In this document: positions 26,500-39,319 of the stretch, piece by piece
Layout: the number at the start of each line of letters is the position of its first letter
Numbering within the stretch: the stretch's first letter is position 1
Made by a program: the position numbers and the translations under genes
Notes under the pieces: model-generated
Told to the model about the DNA's origin: nothing
Database searches by the model: none
The model's input: the letters and a program-made list of their open reading frames with translations, nothing else
From: Chrysomallon squamiferum
Lineage: Eukaryota > Animalia > Mollusca
Direction: 5' to 3'
Length of the DNA stretch: 64,000 nucleotides
Assembly (NCBI GenBank): GCA_012295275.1
Contig: CM022677.1
Location: forward strand, 13,454,001-13,518,000

Positions 26500-27486
26500 G
26501 TTGGAAAGAAAGAGAGAGAGAGAGCATGAATTAAAATGCAGTGTGTGATACTAATGTATGTACATGTGTACTTATTGGTACATGTTACAAAATCCAATTT
26601 CCTATATTAATTTAAATTAAACTGTGTTAGGTTTAGAATAATGAGAAATACATAAGAAAACAAACTCAAATTCACTGTTCATTCTTTTTTCTCTTTTCCA
26701 GTGGCAGCAGTACAAACTTTATCCTCACTGCTGGGCAGCATCTTCTGCTGAAACAACTTCACTAGCCAACATCAGCACATCAATTAGAGCTGTATGTGTA
26801 TTCTGAAAATAAAAATACAACTAAAATAATAAAAATAATAAATGTTATAAATAAATAATGTTTCTGTTATTATTAAAATTTAAATTGTACTGGTACCAGT
26901 TACTGGATTATTCAGACACAAAGGGGTGTGGGTTATTTTTAATATACTTTGTATAATCATTATAATGATTTGTTTTTGTTTTTTTAACACATGGTTTAAC
27001 ACCTGGTTATTTTTGACATACTTTGTATAATCATTATAATGATAATGGTAATAATTTTAATAATTATCAAAACAACAGGAAACAAATTATTATTATTATG
27101 CTGTTTTACAATCAGTAAAGAGTTGTTACTATAAAACTTTTTTTACTTGCTAAGAAATAAAAATAAGATAAAAAACGCACAACTTGGAATTGTGCAGTCT
27201 GCAGTGTCTGTACAGCTGATTCATCCTTCTCCATAACATAAATTCCCTTTATAGACAGCAACTGAACAATACTGCATTGACCTGCATTTAACATCAATGG
27301 TATACAAAGTTTTTAGAAATTCCAACATGAATATAATACTTTTTTTTTAAATTTATCTACTGATAAAGGCATATTTTATTTTGATTGTTCTCATTCATGC
27401 AATATTTCTCTCTCTCTCTCTCTCACACACACACACCCACACACATATTAACTAATCAGAACATACCCTGCCACTGTAGAGAGGTT
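26500..27486. repeat. Older inverted duplication, left copy (partner 30841-31715)
   Basis: ataccctgccactgtagagaggtt (about 27463) vs aacctctcaacagtggcagggtat (30841), and tgaattaaaatgcagtgtgtgatac vs gtatcatacactgcattttaattca. About 85% identical by eye. Confidence 0.9.
27181..27281 (-). pseudogene. 101-bp ankyrin-repeat-like exon
   Basis: Bounded by AG and GTGCGT. Reads GQCSIVQLLSIKGIYVMEKDESAVQTLQTAQFQV. Paralog of 31043-31143. Confidence 0.4.
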
Positions 27487-27521
27487 TCTGAAAACATTCT
27501 AACACAGGCCTGACACATTAC

Positions 27522-28159
27522 TTGACACCAGACTGTTGATTCACATTATCAATAGTCTCTTGGATCCCTTCTCTGGAAAATTGCCTGGATTTTTGTGACG
27601 ATGAAGTTGGGGACAGGGACGCATTGATCCCACTCTGAATCAGGTACAGGACTAGTCCAGTCATTCGAACTATCAATCTGGCGAGACATCGCTATCATGA
27701 ATGTTCCCAAGTCTCATCTTGTTCTGCTGCAGCTACAGCCTCTGTTTTCTTCTCTCTTTTCTTTATCTTCACATCCAGCTTCATTCTCAGAGCAGCAAGC
27801 TCAGATGTCACCTGCTGCTCAACTTCCTGTCTTTGCCACCATCATGCAGAGCCATCGCTGTCATCTACCAAGTTGTTCTGTTTGACAGCGCAGCAGATGA
27901 AGTGTTTTTACCAGCATCAGCTTGTTTTCACAAAACTGCAGACTTTAGTGGTGCTGTGCCCTTTCCTTCTTGTTCCTGTCCATGCTGAATGTAAACCATT
28001 GATATATCCATATTATAGTATTCCAGCAGCACTTGCACTCTACAGTGTGGTTCTGGTCAATAATTGTGTAGCTCGATGAGAAATTTATAAAATATTTCAC
28101 TCACATGATTTTTCATAGAAAATTCTTTAAATTCATTTGGAACATTTTCTCCATATGAC
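27522..28159 (-). pseudogene. Large decayed exon, partly coiled-coil-like, unidentified
   Basis: GC-richer block between a gatgttttccag acceptor and a gtaatg donor. Contains fragments such as RQEVEQQVTSELAALRMKLDVKIKKREKK. Stops in all frames. Confidence 0.45.
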
Positions 28160-28730
28160 CTGGAAAACATCAAAAATAAACAAATATTAGTAATGATATA
28201 AAAAATAAAATGAATAATAATAATAAAGATTACAAAAATAATAATAATAATAAAAAGTAGCAGTAATAATAATAAGAAGGAATTACAACAAAACAAAAGA
28301 AAATGTAAATAAATAGATTAAAATTTACATTAAGAAAAGAAGGAAAATTAATAACAGTTATCACTGAGGATAACAAATGATTTGGATGTGTGTGTGTTAA
28401 ATATTATTATAAGTCATAATTTTATTAATATTTTACAGTGTCTATATATGAAATAACCTGCCATATTTTTCTTAAATTTGTAATTATCTTTATTTATTTT
28501 TATTGTTAGCATAGAGCTATACAGGTATTTAGCTTAAATAATGAAAGCAGCCATTATAACCTTTAATATGTTTTAAAAATCATTTAAATATGTTTAATAA
28601 TGTATAGAGCATGAATTTAACATGGAATTTAAAAAAAAAAAAAAAAAGTCCTTACAAAAACTGACAGAAAACAACCTGTGAAACAAAATTAGCATATTTT
28701 GTTTTAATAGTTTTATTAGTGTATTTCAAA

Positions 28731-28773
<43 letters not shown>

Positions 28774-29059
28774 AAAAAATCCTTTGACAGTTGACACATA
28801 GTTGTCGTGTCGTGTTTACTTTGATGTGTGCTACACAAGTCAATTTATTTTAAAACAAATTTAATTACTGGCCACTCAAAATTTGCCCCTGATAGGCTGA
28901 TTGGTAAAACAAAATTAAAGACTAAACATGATTTCTTCTTTATATGACGTTATGCTGTTCACATTAGTACAACCACTGGTGAATTTTATTATTAATCGAG
29001 TGTTGTAATTTGAAACAAAAAAAAAATAAAAAAAAAAATAAATAAATAAATATTATTCC

Positions 29060-29480
29060 AAAATAAGATGGCTGCCATGACGTGTACGACTTTTAAATTA
29101 TAATTAAATAAAACGAAAAATATCCAAACACATTAACAACTATAATAATAAATAAAAAATACCTGTCTCCTTCACAAAATGAAATACATTAAGCAACTTT
29201 TTGTTGCATGATAATGCGATTATCCCAATTCTTAAGAAGATTCTTCGAACATCAAAGAAGAAAGTAAATCCGCAGACAGAAATCATCCCGCATTTTTCCG
29301 CATATAAGATGCCAAACAAAAAAAAAATAAAATAAACAAAAAAAATTAAATTAATGTTCACAACAAATAAAATAAAATAGTAGCAACCTTTATTAAAATA
29401 TACTAATTATAAATCGATGTGGTTCTTCTTTTATTTATTAATTATTTTTTTTTTGTTTTATCTTATTATTAGCCAATCAA
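29060..29480 (-). promoter_or_regulatory. Possible promoter/first-exon region of the minus-strand unit at 26.7-29.3 kb
   Basis: CAG|GTATTT donor at 29163, locally raised CpG, AGCCAATC at 29471 and YY1-like AAGATGGCTGCC at 29065-29076. Confidence 0.3.
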
Positions 29481-29765
29481 ATAAACGGTGTTGTTATTTT
29501 TTTTTTTACCTACTTTTTCTTTCTTCTTATAATTTATATTAATGCACCAAATAAAACCACAAAGCTTACAACTCACACTAGAATAAGTTGCTTATTATTG
29601 TCCAGGAACTTACCAATACATCTGAAAACATCTGCTCTGAAAAAAAATTAAAAGTATTCTTTTCCCTTTTATTAAGTATGGCAATTCGTGTCCACATCCT
29701 ACGTTAAAAAAGATCATTACTCTTTCTATTAATGAGGACGTCATTGCCGTCGTTCCAGTATTGTT

Positions 29766-29965
29766 NNNNNNNNNNNNNNNNNNNNNNNNNNNNNNNNNNN
29801 NNNNNNNNNNNNNNNNNNNNNNNNNNNNNNNNNNNNNNNNNNNNNNNNNNNNNNNNNNNNNNNNNNNNNNNNNNNNNNNNNNNNNNNNNNNNNNNNNNNN
29901 NNNNNNNNNNNNNNNNNNNNNNNNNNNNNNNNNNNNNNNNNNNNNNNNNNNNNNNNNNNNNNNNN
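29766..29965. other. Assembly gap (200 N)
   Basis: Run of N. Confidence 1.
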
Positions 29966-30067
29966 ATTATATAATCAAATTTTAATGTATATCATAAGAA
30001 CTAGGATGATAATCTGATAGCTTTCATAATTCCTATAAAATTTCAATGAATAATCATTTATCATCAG

Positions 30068-30283
30068 GATGGTGAAGATGAGGAGTTGACAGTGCCAGCT
30101 ATCTGTGAGTTGAGATTGAATGATGTGATGGAGATAGCTCAGGACCTGTGTGAGTCACTCAGAAGAGAAAAAACGACTCAGAGTACAAGAGTTAGTGGCT
30201 GCTCTAGAGAAAATCTCTAAAAACTCAGAAATCAGACATCAGCAGTCAGCAGAGTTTGTCAATGACCTGAAACGAGCTAACAG
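30068..30283 (+). pseudogene. MCC: MCC (colorectal mutant cancer protein) C-terminal coiled-coil exon, frameshifted
   Basis: Reads DGEDEELTVPAICELRLNDVMEIAQDLCESLRREK(+1 A)RL-RVQELVAALEKISKNSEIRHQQSAEFVNDLKRAN, followed by AG|GTAAAC. SEIRHQQSAEFVNDLKRANS is the conserved MCC motif as I recall it. Confidence 0.88.
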
Positions 30284-30840
30284 GTAAACATACAGGTGTA
30301 TGTGTGCACGTCACACATATCTACATATATGCATACGTACACACTTGCTCATGCAAACACATATAAAATTTCAAACATAAGTTCAAATTATATTTAGAGA
30401 CATTTTAATTCTAAACTTATTATTATAACCTAAACTGTCATAATGTCATTGATTTCCTTTTTATTGGTGTACAAATGTTTGCATTACATATATACTTACC
30501 CAAGCAAACACACATAGAAACATTTTCAAACATTCAAATTATATTTAGAAACATTTTAATACTAAGCTTATTATATGAATATTATAAATCTAAACTGCCA
30601 TAGTGTCACTGATTTTATTTTTTCCTTTTTACTGCATTTAGTATTAAAATCACTTTTACTGATATTGTTCTTATTAACATTTATATATTTGTAATATAAA
30701 TTACATATCTAATTTTGGTTTCTGCTTTTTCTGATAGCGTTAGTATTTCTGTAACATGATTGAGGTATCTAATATTACATATCTTTATTTCACTTTATTT
30801 TTTGTTCTATAATGTCTTTATTATCATTAGTATTTTTGTT

Positions 30841-31712
30841 AACCTCTCAACAGTGGCAGGGTATGTTTTGTTTGTGTGTGTGTGTGTGTGTGTGAGACAG
30901 AGAGAAATATTGCATGAATGATAATAATCAAAATAGCATATGCATTAATCAGACAGATGTAGATTGATCAAAAGAAAGTATTATGTTCATGTTGGAATTG
31001 CTAAAAACATTGTTTACTGTTGATGTTAAATATTTTATGTAGGTCATTGCAGTATTGTCCAGTTGCTGTCTAGAAAGGGAATTTACATTATGGAGAAGGA
31101 TGACTCAGATGTACAGACACTGCAGACTGCACAATTCCAAGTAGTAAGTTTTTTAATCTTATTTTTATTTCTTAGTAAGTAAAATAAGTTTTACAGAACT
31201 CTTTACTGATTGTAAAACAGCATAATAATAATCATTTGTTTGCTGTTGTTTTGTTAATTATTTAAATTATTACCATTATCATCATTATCATTACAATGGA
31301 TATACAAAGTATATCAAAAATAACCCACACCCCTTTGTGTCTGAATAATCCAGTAACTGATAACAGCAAACTTTTAATTTTAATAATAACAGAAACATTA
31401 GTTATTTATTTTTATTATTTTATTTTCTATTTATTTTTTTCAGTATGCACATAATTGATGTTGATGTCTCCTAGTGAAGTTGTTTCAGTAGAAGGTGCTG
31501 TCCAGCACTGAGGATAAAGTTTGCTGCCACTGGAAAAGAGAAAGAAAAACCTGAACAAGTGAATTACTAGTTTTTCTTATGTATTTCTCATTATTCTAAA
31601 CCTAATGAAGTTTAATTTAAATTAATGTAGGAAGTTGCATTTTGTAACATGTACCAGTAAGTACGCATGTACATACATTAGAATCTTGTATCATACACTG
31701 CATTTTAATTCA

Positions 31713-31715
<3 letters not shown>
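30841..31715. repeat. Older inverted duplication, right copy (partner 26500-27486)
   Basis: Reverse-complement colinearity with 26500-27486. Confidence 0.9.
31043..31143 (+). pseudogene. 101-bp ankyrin-repeat-like exon
   Basis: tgtag acceptor and GTAAGT donor. Reads GHCSIVQLLSRKGIYIMEKDDSDVQTLQTAQFQV; GHxxIVxLL is typical of ankyrin helix 2. Confidence 0.45.

Positions 31716-31775
<60 letters not shown>
31715..31775. repeat. (CT)n microsatellite
   Basis: Pure CT run. Confidence 0.95.
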
Positions 31776-31778
<3 letters not shown>

Positions 31779-33049
31779 GTCAGCAATATACTAAACTGTG
31801 GATTTAAACTGTTTATTTTCAGAAGTTAAATCAGCTTGTTAATTTTAAAAATATTCAAGAAATTGTTGTTAAATACAAACTCAGATTGACATTTTGGACC
31901 AAAGAGCAGCTTAAGTCTACAGTAGAGTTGAAGTATTTGGTGCTGTCCAGCAGGTATTTAAATATATTATTCATTGTAAACCTTTCCATTTTATTTCAGT
32001 TTTAAATAATTCTGTGCAAAATGTTTTCTCTTATACTGAATTAACCACATATTTGAAAATGTAATACATTTGTATTTTTGTAAAATGATGTACTGAAAAT
32101 GAATAGAATCAATGTAATAATTTGCAGGACATCCTAATAGAGTAGTGAACAGAACATTTGTATAAATTTGTAATTTGATGTTATTAATATCTCACCTACC
32201 ACGTAAAGTATTAAATGTTTGTATTTCAGATTACAGCATGTAATTTTAATAAAAATAATTTCTCAAATGTTTTTATATTCCTATTTGCATTCAGATTAAC
32301 ATTATGTTTTTAACTTTTATATAAAAGGATTAAAATAGCAATATACATCATGTTTGATGTATTTTGATTAGTACAGTGACTTTGTAAAATTCATTAATTA
32401 TATTTGGAATGAACAGTAAAAAAAAAAATAATAATAAAAAAAGTAAAATTCACTTCCACCGGATCAGCCACTGAATTTATTCTATTTTATTAAAAGTTGT
32501 ATGTCTAATAACCAATTTAAAGTGTCAAGCTTACCTCGCTCTATGTCATTTCAGCCTATGTCAAATTCATCTTTGATTCATGTGGTCAAACAATTAAATT
32601 GTTTAACATTTGTAAACTCCATTTTGCAGTTTTCTTCAGCACTGGCAACAGTTGTACATTTTCCTCCACAGTGCAGACTCAAAGCAGTTTCCAGTCAGAA
32701 AGAAAGAAGAAAACATAGATCTAAAAAGTGGATTGATTATGAATTATATTGTAATGGTACTTACAGTATATGGTTATTTGAATATAAATGGAGCAAAAGT
32801 TGAAGTTCATTTAAGGAGTTACTTTTGAAAAGTGGTCCTTGGAGAATCTGCTTCAGTGTGGGACTTTATGAAGCAAAGAGGAGACTGTTTCAGAAGTCTT
32901 CTTCAGGGTATTACAGGTTTCACTAGGTTTTCTTTAGGTTTTGTCAGACCTTGTTCACCTGTTCTAATAGCTATTTTAATCACTGACAGACATTGCCTAA
33001 TATGATTACCTGTTTAATTGTTATCACTCATTTGCTGTATGTCACCCGT

Positions 33050-34225
33050 TATTATAGTGGAAAGCACTAGTGATACCCATATCACTGTCAGACACTGACA
33101 ACATGTCTCATGTTGTTGTAGTGGTAAAACAGTAGTGATATCCATATATATTATTGTCAGACATCCACTTCATGTTTGCAGTTGTTGTAGTTGTAATACA
33201 TTAGGCATACTATTACATACTATTAGGCATACTATTTATTGTTGTTAGATATACACTACAAGTCTGTTCTTGTAGTGTTAAAACAGAAGGGATAATGATA
33301 TTTATTATTGTCAGACATACAGTATATGTCTGCTGTAGTGGTAAAACACTAGTGATACCCATATTTATTATTGTCAGACATACAGTATATGTCTGCTGTA
33401 GTGGTAAAACACTAGTGATACCCATATTTATTATTGTCAGACATACACTATATGTCTATTCTTGTAGTGGTAAAACACAAAGCATAGTGATTATTGTAAG
33501 ACATACACTATATGTCTATTCTTGTAGTGGTAAAACACAAAGCATACTGATATTTTTATCAGACATGACTACATATCTGCAGTTGTTACAGTGTTAAAAC
33601 ACTAGTGACACCCACATATATTATTTGTCAGAATCCATTACATGTCTGCTGTTGTTGTAGTGGTAAAATACTAGGGATACCCATATGTATTGTTGTGAGA
33701 CACCGAATACATGTCTGATGTTGTTGTAGTGGTAAAACACAAGCCATATCCATGTCAGACATACAGTACAGTCTGTTGTTGAGTTAGTTGTAAAACAGCA
33801 GCGATTCCCATATTTATTGTACATGTCTGATGTTGTTGTAGTGGTAAAACACAAGCCATATCCATGTCAGACATACAGTACAGTCTGTTGTTGAGTTAGT
33901 TGTAAAACAGCAGCGATTCCCATATTTATTGTACATTATCCCATATATATCTGCTTTTGATATAGTGGTAAAACACTAAAGATATCCATATTTACATTAT
34001 CCATTATCACAAATACACTACATAACTGCTGTAGTTGTAGTGGTAAAACACTAGTGATACCAGATTTATTGTTATCAGACATCCATTATGTGTCTGCTGT
34101 TGATGTAGTCGTAAAACACTAGTGATATACCAGATTTATTGTTGTCAGACATACACTAGATGTCTGATGTTGTTGTAGTGGTAAAACACTAGCATAACCC
34201 ATATGTATTGTTGTCAGACATCAAC
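33050..34225. repeat. ~60-65 bp minisatellite (tgtagtggtaaaacactagtgatacccatatttattattgtcagacatacagtatatgtctgc)
   Basis: More than 15 degenerate tandem copies, which produce the repetitive ORFs at 33213-33854. Confidence 0.95.
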
Positions 34226-36148
34226 TACAGAGCTGGTATCTGCTATTGTTCTGGAGGTACGACACTAGCCATACTATGTTTAAAGAAATAATCTGTCCCA
34301 TTTTCAGATTAGTATTAACAACCCAGATTCTTCTAATTTCCTCTCAGCTCTGAACTGTTTTCTGCCTCTAACCATGTCTCAACAGTCTTTTTATTAACTT
34401 GTCTTTTGCCTGCATCACTGCTAGATGTTCTAAAGAGTAGCTGGGAAATGAGGTTATGGCTTCCATTGTTTCATTGAACTGTTCAGCTGTGACTGTTGCT
34501 TGTGTGACTTTTCTTCCACCACTGTTTAGAACTTGTCTCATTATATGTGGAACTTATGTACTACTAGCAGTATCTCTAAAGCAGCTTCCACTGAAGTAGA
34601 TGTCATTCCATGAAATATCTTCCTAATAGACCATCAGCATTCTTATTGTGTTGCGCTGAATATTTCACATCAGATTCAAATGCCACCACCTGTGACACCC
34701 ATCTCTGTTCCACTGCACATAATTTTATGGTACCAAGATGACTTAGTGGATTGTTGTCTGTATAGATAGTAAATTTGTGTCCGAGGAGATAATCTTAGAT
34801 AATAGACATTTGGACTACTGGACAGTCAGAAACAGTTCTGTCAAATTCTTGATTGTAAGTCTCGGATAAGTCAGAACCTTTTTCCTGTGCTGTCCGACTC
34901 ACAACAGTAGAGGGTCGAATTTTCCTGTCTGCTCTTGCTGATCTCCAACCAAACCTCGTCATCTTGTTGTACTCCTAGGTAGAGTGTACAGGGTATTGAC
35001 TTCCTTGTCTTCTACTTATCCACCTACATCTGGGAAAATCTCTCTGCCTGCTTCTAGTGCAGTCCCTAGCGAAATGGCCAGGGCTGTTGTAATAAAAAAA
35101 ACATGAGGGTTGATCGCTGGTGGAGAAGTAGTTTGCTGAATATGTTGCAGTGTAATTGCAAACATATCAGATGGTCATGCCATCTCTCTGCCGGACTAAT
35201 TGTTTTAGTTCTTTCTTAAGATTCTCACATTTTCAGAAAATTGTCGGGCACCATAGCTGTGTTTTTCCTGTACACTCTATCTAATAATTCAAACAGACAG
35301 TAAGAGAATTCTCTTTGCTTTGCCTTCCTTCTGTGATTGATCAAAAAATAACTTCTGAAGTTCATGCCACTGAATATCTATCTTCAAAAATCTGATTGCA
35401 GAACGTCCCAAACACTTGTGGATTCTCTTGGTCTTGTTGTGACCTCAACCTAATTTCTTCTTTCGCTTCATCTTCTAATATAAAACTAGCCTGCTCCTTT
35501 TCTGCAAGGCTCTGATGTAGAAATATCCTTTCTACCTGATCCTGAAAATCTCTAAATTTGAGGCCATTGTCTGACCCATTAAATTTGCTTACCTTTATCT
35601 CGTTTCTGATATAAAATAAACAGGGTTAGTACTTTCACATTTAGTTCTTTCTCGTTGTATAGGACTCAGCATTTCCTCATTAAGTAATTGAGTCACAGCT
35701 ATTTCTTCCTGTAAAGCATCCTGTAACTCTGCCACCTGATCTTTTAGCCTTTTAGTTTTCACCATTTTGCAAAGCTTTATAAATTAAAGTCAGCTGGGAA
35801 TTCAGTGATATGTTGCAAAAAGCAAGTTATGCCATGCTCATGCCAGCAGCCAGTATTATATATATCTGTCAATTTAAACTTTTATTTAAATTAGTATTTT
35901 AATATATAGTGTTTTTTAAATGCAAATTTACTTTACTTGGAATTCATTATTACACACTAAGTGAAATGACAAAATCATTTACTTTGTTTTAGTATTTCAA
36001 GTTTTATCTATCAGATCATAACTGTTCTCTCCAACAATTTTATTTTAAATTTACTCCAGATGCACTTAACTGCTGCCACTCCGGGCTGTTTACCTCACAT
36101 GGTTATCTAAGGCTACTGACCATTGCTGGCCGTTACTGCGTCCACACA

Positions 36149-36837
36149 TGTAAACAACTGGTCATGTGAAATTCAACTTTACAGTTACAGGCCACACCTC
36201 TTTATGCAATTATAGTTTGTAGGCAGATTCCTCAATAACTTTTACAATTTACCCATTAATCCCCAGTTACTCATATCAGTTTTTGCTTACATGTTATAGT
36301 GTTAAAACAGTTTGACTGAGGGAATGCCAGTGTAGTTCAGTTAAGTAATATAAAACTCTCACTTGTCATTCATTCACATTCAAACATTTCATAATGACCT
36401 ATGTTTCATTGGTTGTGGCCAATAATGACAATTTACATTTAACCATAAAGTGAAGCAAAACAACAAAATAGCAACACAATCATAGAGTCAGTCTGTTAAT
36501 TATCCTGATGATGTCAATGTTTATCCACCAGCCAGTTTATGTTGTAATGCATCTCTCTCCCTCTCTCTCTCCACAGGTGTTGTTAATGTTCTTTGATCTT
36601 CCGTTCCTTTGCAACTTCAAATATTTAGTTCGTCTTCATCTGCATTTTTCTGGAAAGTCCAGCTGCCTCACACTTTGTTTCTTCATTGTTCTCATTTCAG
36701 ATTTATCAACTGCCTGTTTTAAATTTAACAATTGTCTGTAAACTTAAACAACTTACAATCCTGTAGGTGATGCCATTTCTGGCCAGGTGCATACAACACC
36801 CTCACACAAAAACTACACAAGTTCCACTTCAATTACA
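36149..36837 (-). mobile_element. Candidate LTR copy
   Basis: Reverse complement of 23459-24150 with the same TGTAA/TTACA ends. Confidence 0.6.
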
Positions 36838-38112
36838 TCTTTATTTTCTCTACCTATTTATACTTCATGACATACAATAACAATATAATGTTATAAAAGT
36901 ATAGTAATCATAATGCAGAGAATTGTGTCAAATGTCTTTCTCCCCTGCCTAATATTCTCTCTTCTCTCTTGAATTCTCTTTCACCACAGACACACAGATA
37001 ACATTTCACACCCCTGACCAATACTGGCAGACCATTACTGTCCTGGATTCCTTAAGAGGTTCTGGAGGTCTGGGCTGTTGTAATAAAAAAACAGGAGGGT
37101 TGATCGCTGGTGGAGAAGTAGTTTGCTGAATATGTTGCAGTGTAGTTGCAAACATATCAGATGGTCATGCCATCTCTCTGCCGGACTAATTGTTTTAGTT
37201 CTTTCTTAAGATTCTCACATTTTCAGAAAATTGTCGGGCACCATAGCTGTGTTTTTCCTGTACACTCTATCTAATAATTCAAACAGACAGTAAGAGAATT
37301 CTCTTTGCTTTGCCTTCCTTCTGTGATTGATCAAAAAATAACTTCTGAAGTTCATGCCACTGAATATCTATCTTCAAAAATCTGATTGCAGAACGTCCCA
37401 AACACTTGTGGATTCTCTTGGTCTTGTTGTGACCTCAACCTAATTTCTTCTTTCGCTTCATCTTCTAATATAAAACTAGCCTGCTCCTTTTCTGCAAGGC
37501 TCTGATGTAGAAATATCCTTTCTACCTGATCCTGAAAATCTCTAAATTTGAGGCCATTGTCTGACCCATTAAATTTGCTTACCTTTATCTCGTTTCCGAT
37601 ATAAAATAAACAGGTTTAGTTCTTTCTCGTTGTATAGGACTCAGCATTACCTCATTAAGTAATTGAGTCACAGCTATTTCTTCCAGTAAAGCATCCTGCA
37701 ACTCTGCCACCTGATCTTTTAGCTTTTTAGTTTTCACCATTTTGCAAAGCTCTATAAATTAAAGTCAGCTGGGAATTCAGTGATATGTTACAAAAAGCAA
37801 GTTATGCCAGCAGCCAGTATTATATATATCTGTCAATTTAAACTTTTATTTAAATTAGTATTTTAATATATAGTGTTTTTTAAATGCAAATTTACTTTAC
37901 TTGGAATTCATTATTACACACTAAGTGAAATGACAAAATCATTTACTTTGTTTTAGTATTTCAAGTTTTATCTATCAGATCATAACTGTTCTCTCCAACA
38001 ATTTTATTTTAAATTTACTCCAGATGCACTTAACTGCTGCCACTCCGGGCTGTTTACCTCACATGGTTATCTAAGGCTACTGACCATTGCTGGCCGTTAC
38101 TGCGTCCACACA

Positions 38113-38754
38113 TGTAAACAACTGGTCATGTGAAATTCAACTTTACAGTTACAGGCCACACCTCTTTATGCAATTATAGTTTGTAGGCAGATTCCTCAGA
38201 TCCTAACTTTTACAATTTACCCATTAATCCCCAGTTACTCATATCAGTTTTTGCTTACATGTTATAGTGTTAAAACAGTTTGACTGAGGGAATGCCAGTG
38301 TAGTTCAGTTAAGTAATATAAAACTCTCACTTGTCATTCATTCACATTCAAACATTTCATAATAACCTACCTTTCATTGGTTGTGGCCAATAATGACAAT
38401 TTACATTTAACCATAAAGTGAAGCAAAACAACAAAATAGCAACACAATCATAGAGTCAGTCTGTTAATTATCCTGATGATGTCAATGTTTATCCACCAGC
38501 CAGTTTATGTTGTAATGCATCTCTCTCCCTCTCTCTCTCCACAGGTGTTGTTAATGTTCTTTGATCTTCCGTTCCTTTGCAACTTCAGATATTCAGTTTG
38601 TCTTCATCTGCATTTTTCTGGATAGTCCAGCTGCCTCACACTTTGTTTCTTCATTGTTCTCATTTCAGATTTATCAACTGCCTGTTTTAAATTTAACAAT
38701 TGTCTGCATACAGCACCCTCACACAAAAACTACACATGTGCCACTTCAATTACA
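38113..38754 (-). mobile_element. Candidate LTR copy with a ~50-bp deletion near 38706
   Basis: Direct repeat of 36149-36837. Confidence 0.6.
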
Positions 38755-39246
38755 TCTTTATTTTCTCTACCTATTTATACTTCATGACATACAATAACAA
38801 TATAATCTTATAAAAGTATAGTAATCATAATGCAGAGAATTGTCTCAAATGTCTTTCTCCCCTGCCTAATATTCTCTCTTCTCTCTTGAACTCTCTTTCA
38901 CCTCAGACACACAGATAACATTTCACACCCCTGACCAATACTGGCAGACCATTACTGTCCTGGATTCCTTAAGAAAACACCAGTAGCTGTAGTTCCTGCT
39001 TCCTCATATTTTAAATTTGAAATTAAAGTTTTTGAATTTTTTTTTGTTTTATTAATATTGTTTTCATATCGGGAAGGAAGGACTGTTGTCACTATTTTCA
39101 GTGGGTTGGGAAGTCATCACCATTGACAAGATTGTATCTTAACAACCAGAAGAAAAACATAATAGAAAATGAAATGGAAGAACTTGCCATTGGTAATAAA
39201 TTAATTAATTTAAATAAAAAAGAATCAATAATAAATAAATAAATAG

Positions 39247-39319
39247 CCTAAACCTAATCCTTACTTTCGTCCTAACCCTAACACTAGTGCTTACCCTAAC
39301 TCTAACCAAAGCTAATCCA
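39247..39319 (-). repeat. Degenerate interstitial (TTAGGG)-like hexamer tract, mirrored at 63272-63343
   Basis: cctaaacctaatcctta...cctaaccctaacacta...ccctaactctaacc. Confidence 0.6.

Larger units (their letters stand above)
34240..39095 (-). mobile_element. Two tandem minus-strand copies of the same deleted Gypsy element
   Basis: Reverse complement of 23125-25610. The longer copy extends RNase H to EQRWVSQ-VAFESDVKYSA-QHNKNADGL (about 34625-34715) and into the downstream pol linker. The second copy spans about 37072-39095. Confidence 0.9.

Noticed and set aside
33213-33854. Repetitive ORFs (MGITSVLPLQQTYTVCLTIIN...)
   Set aside because: The minisatellite unit length varies and does not keep frame.
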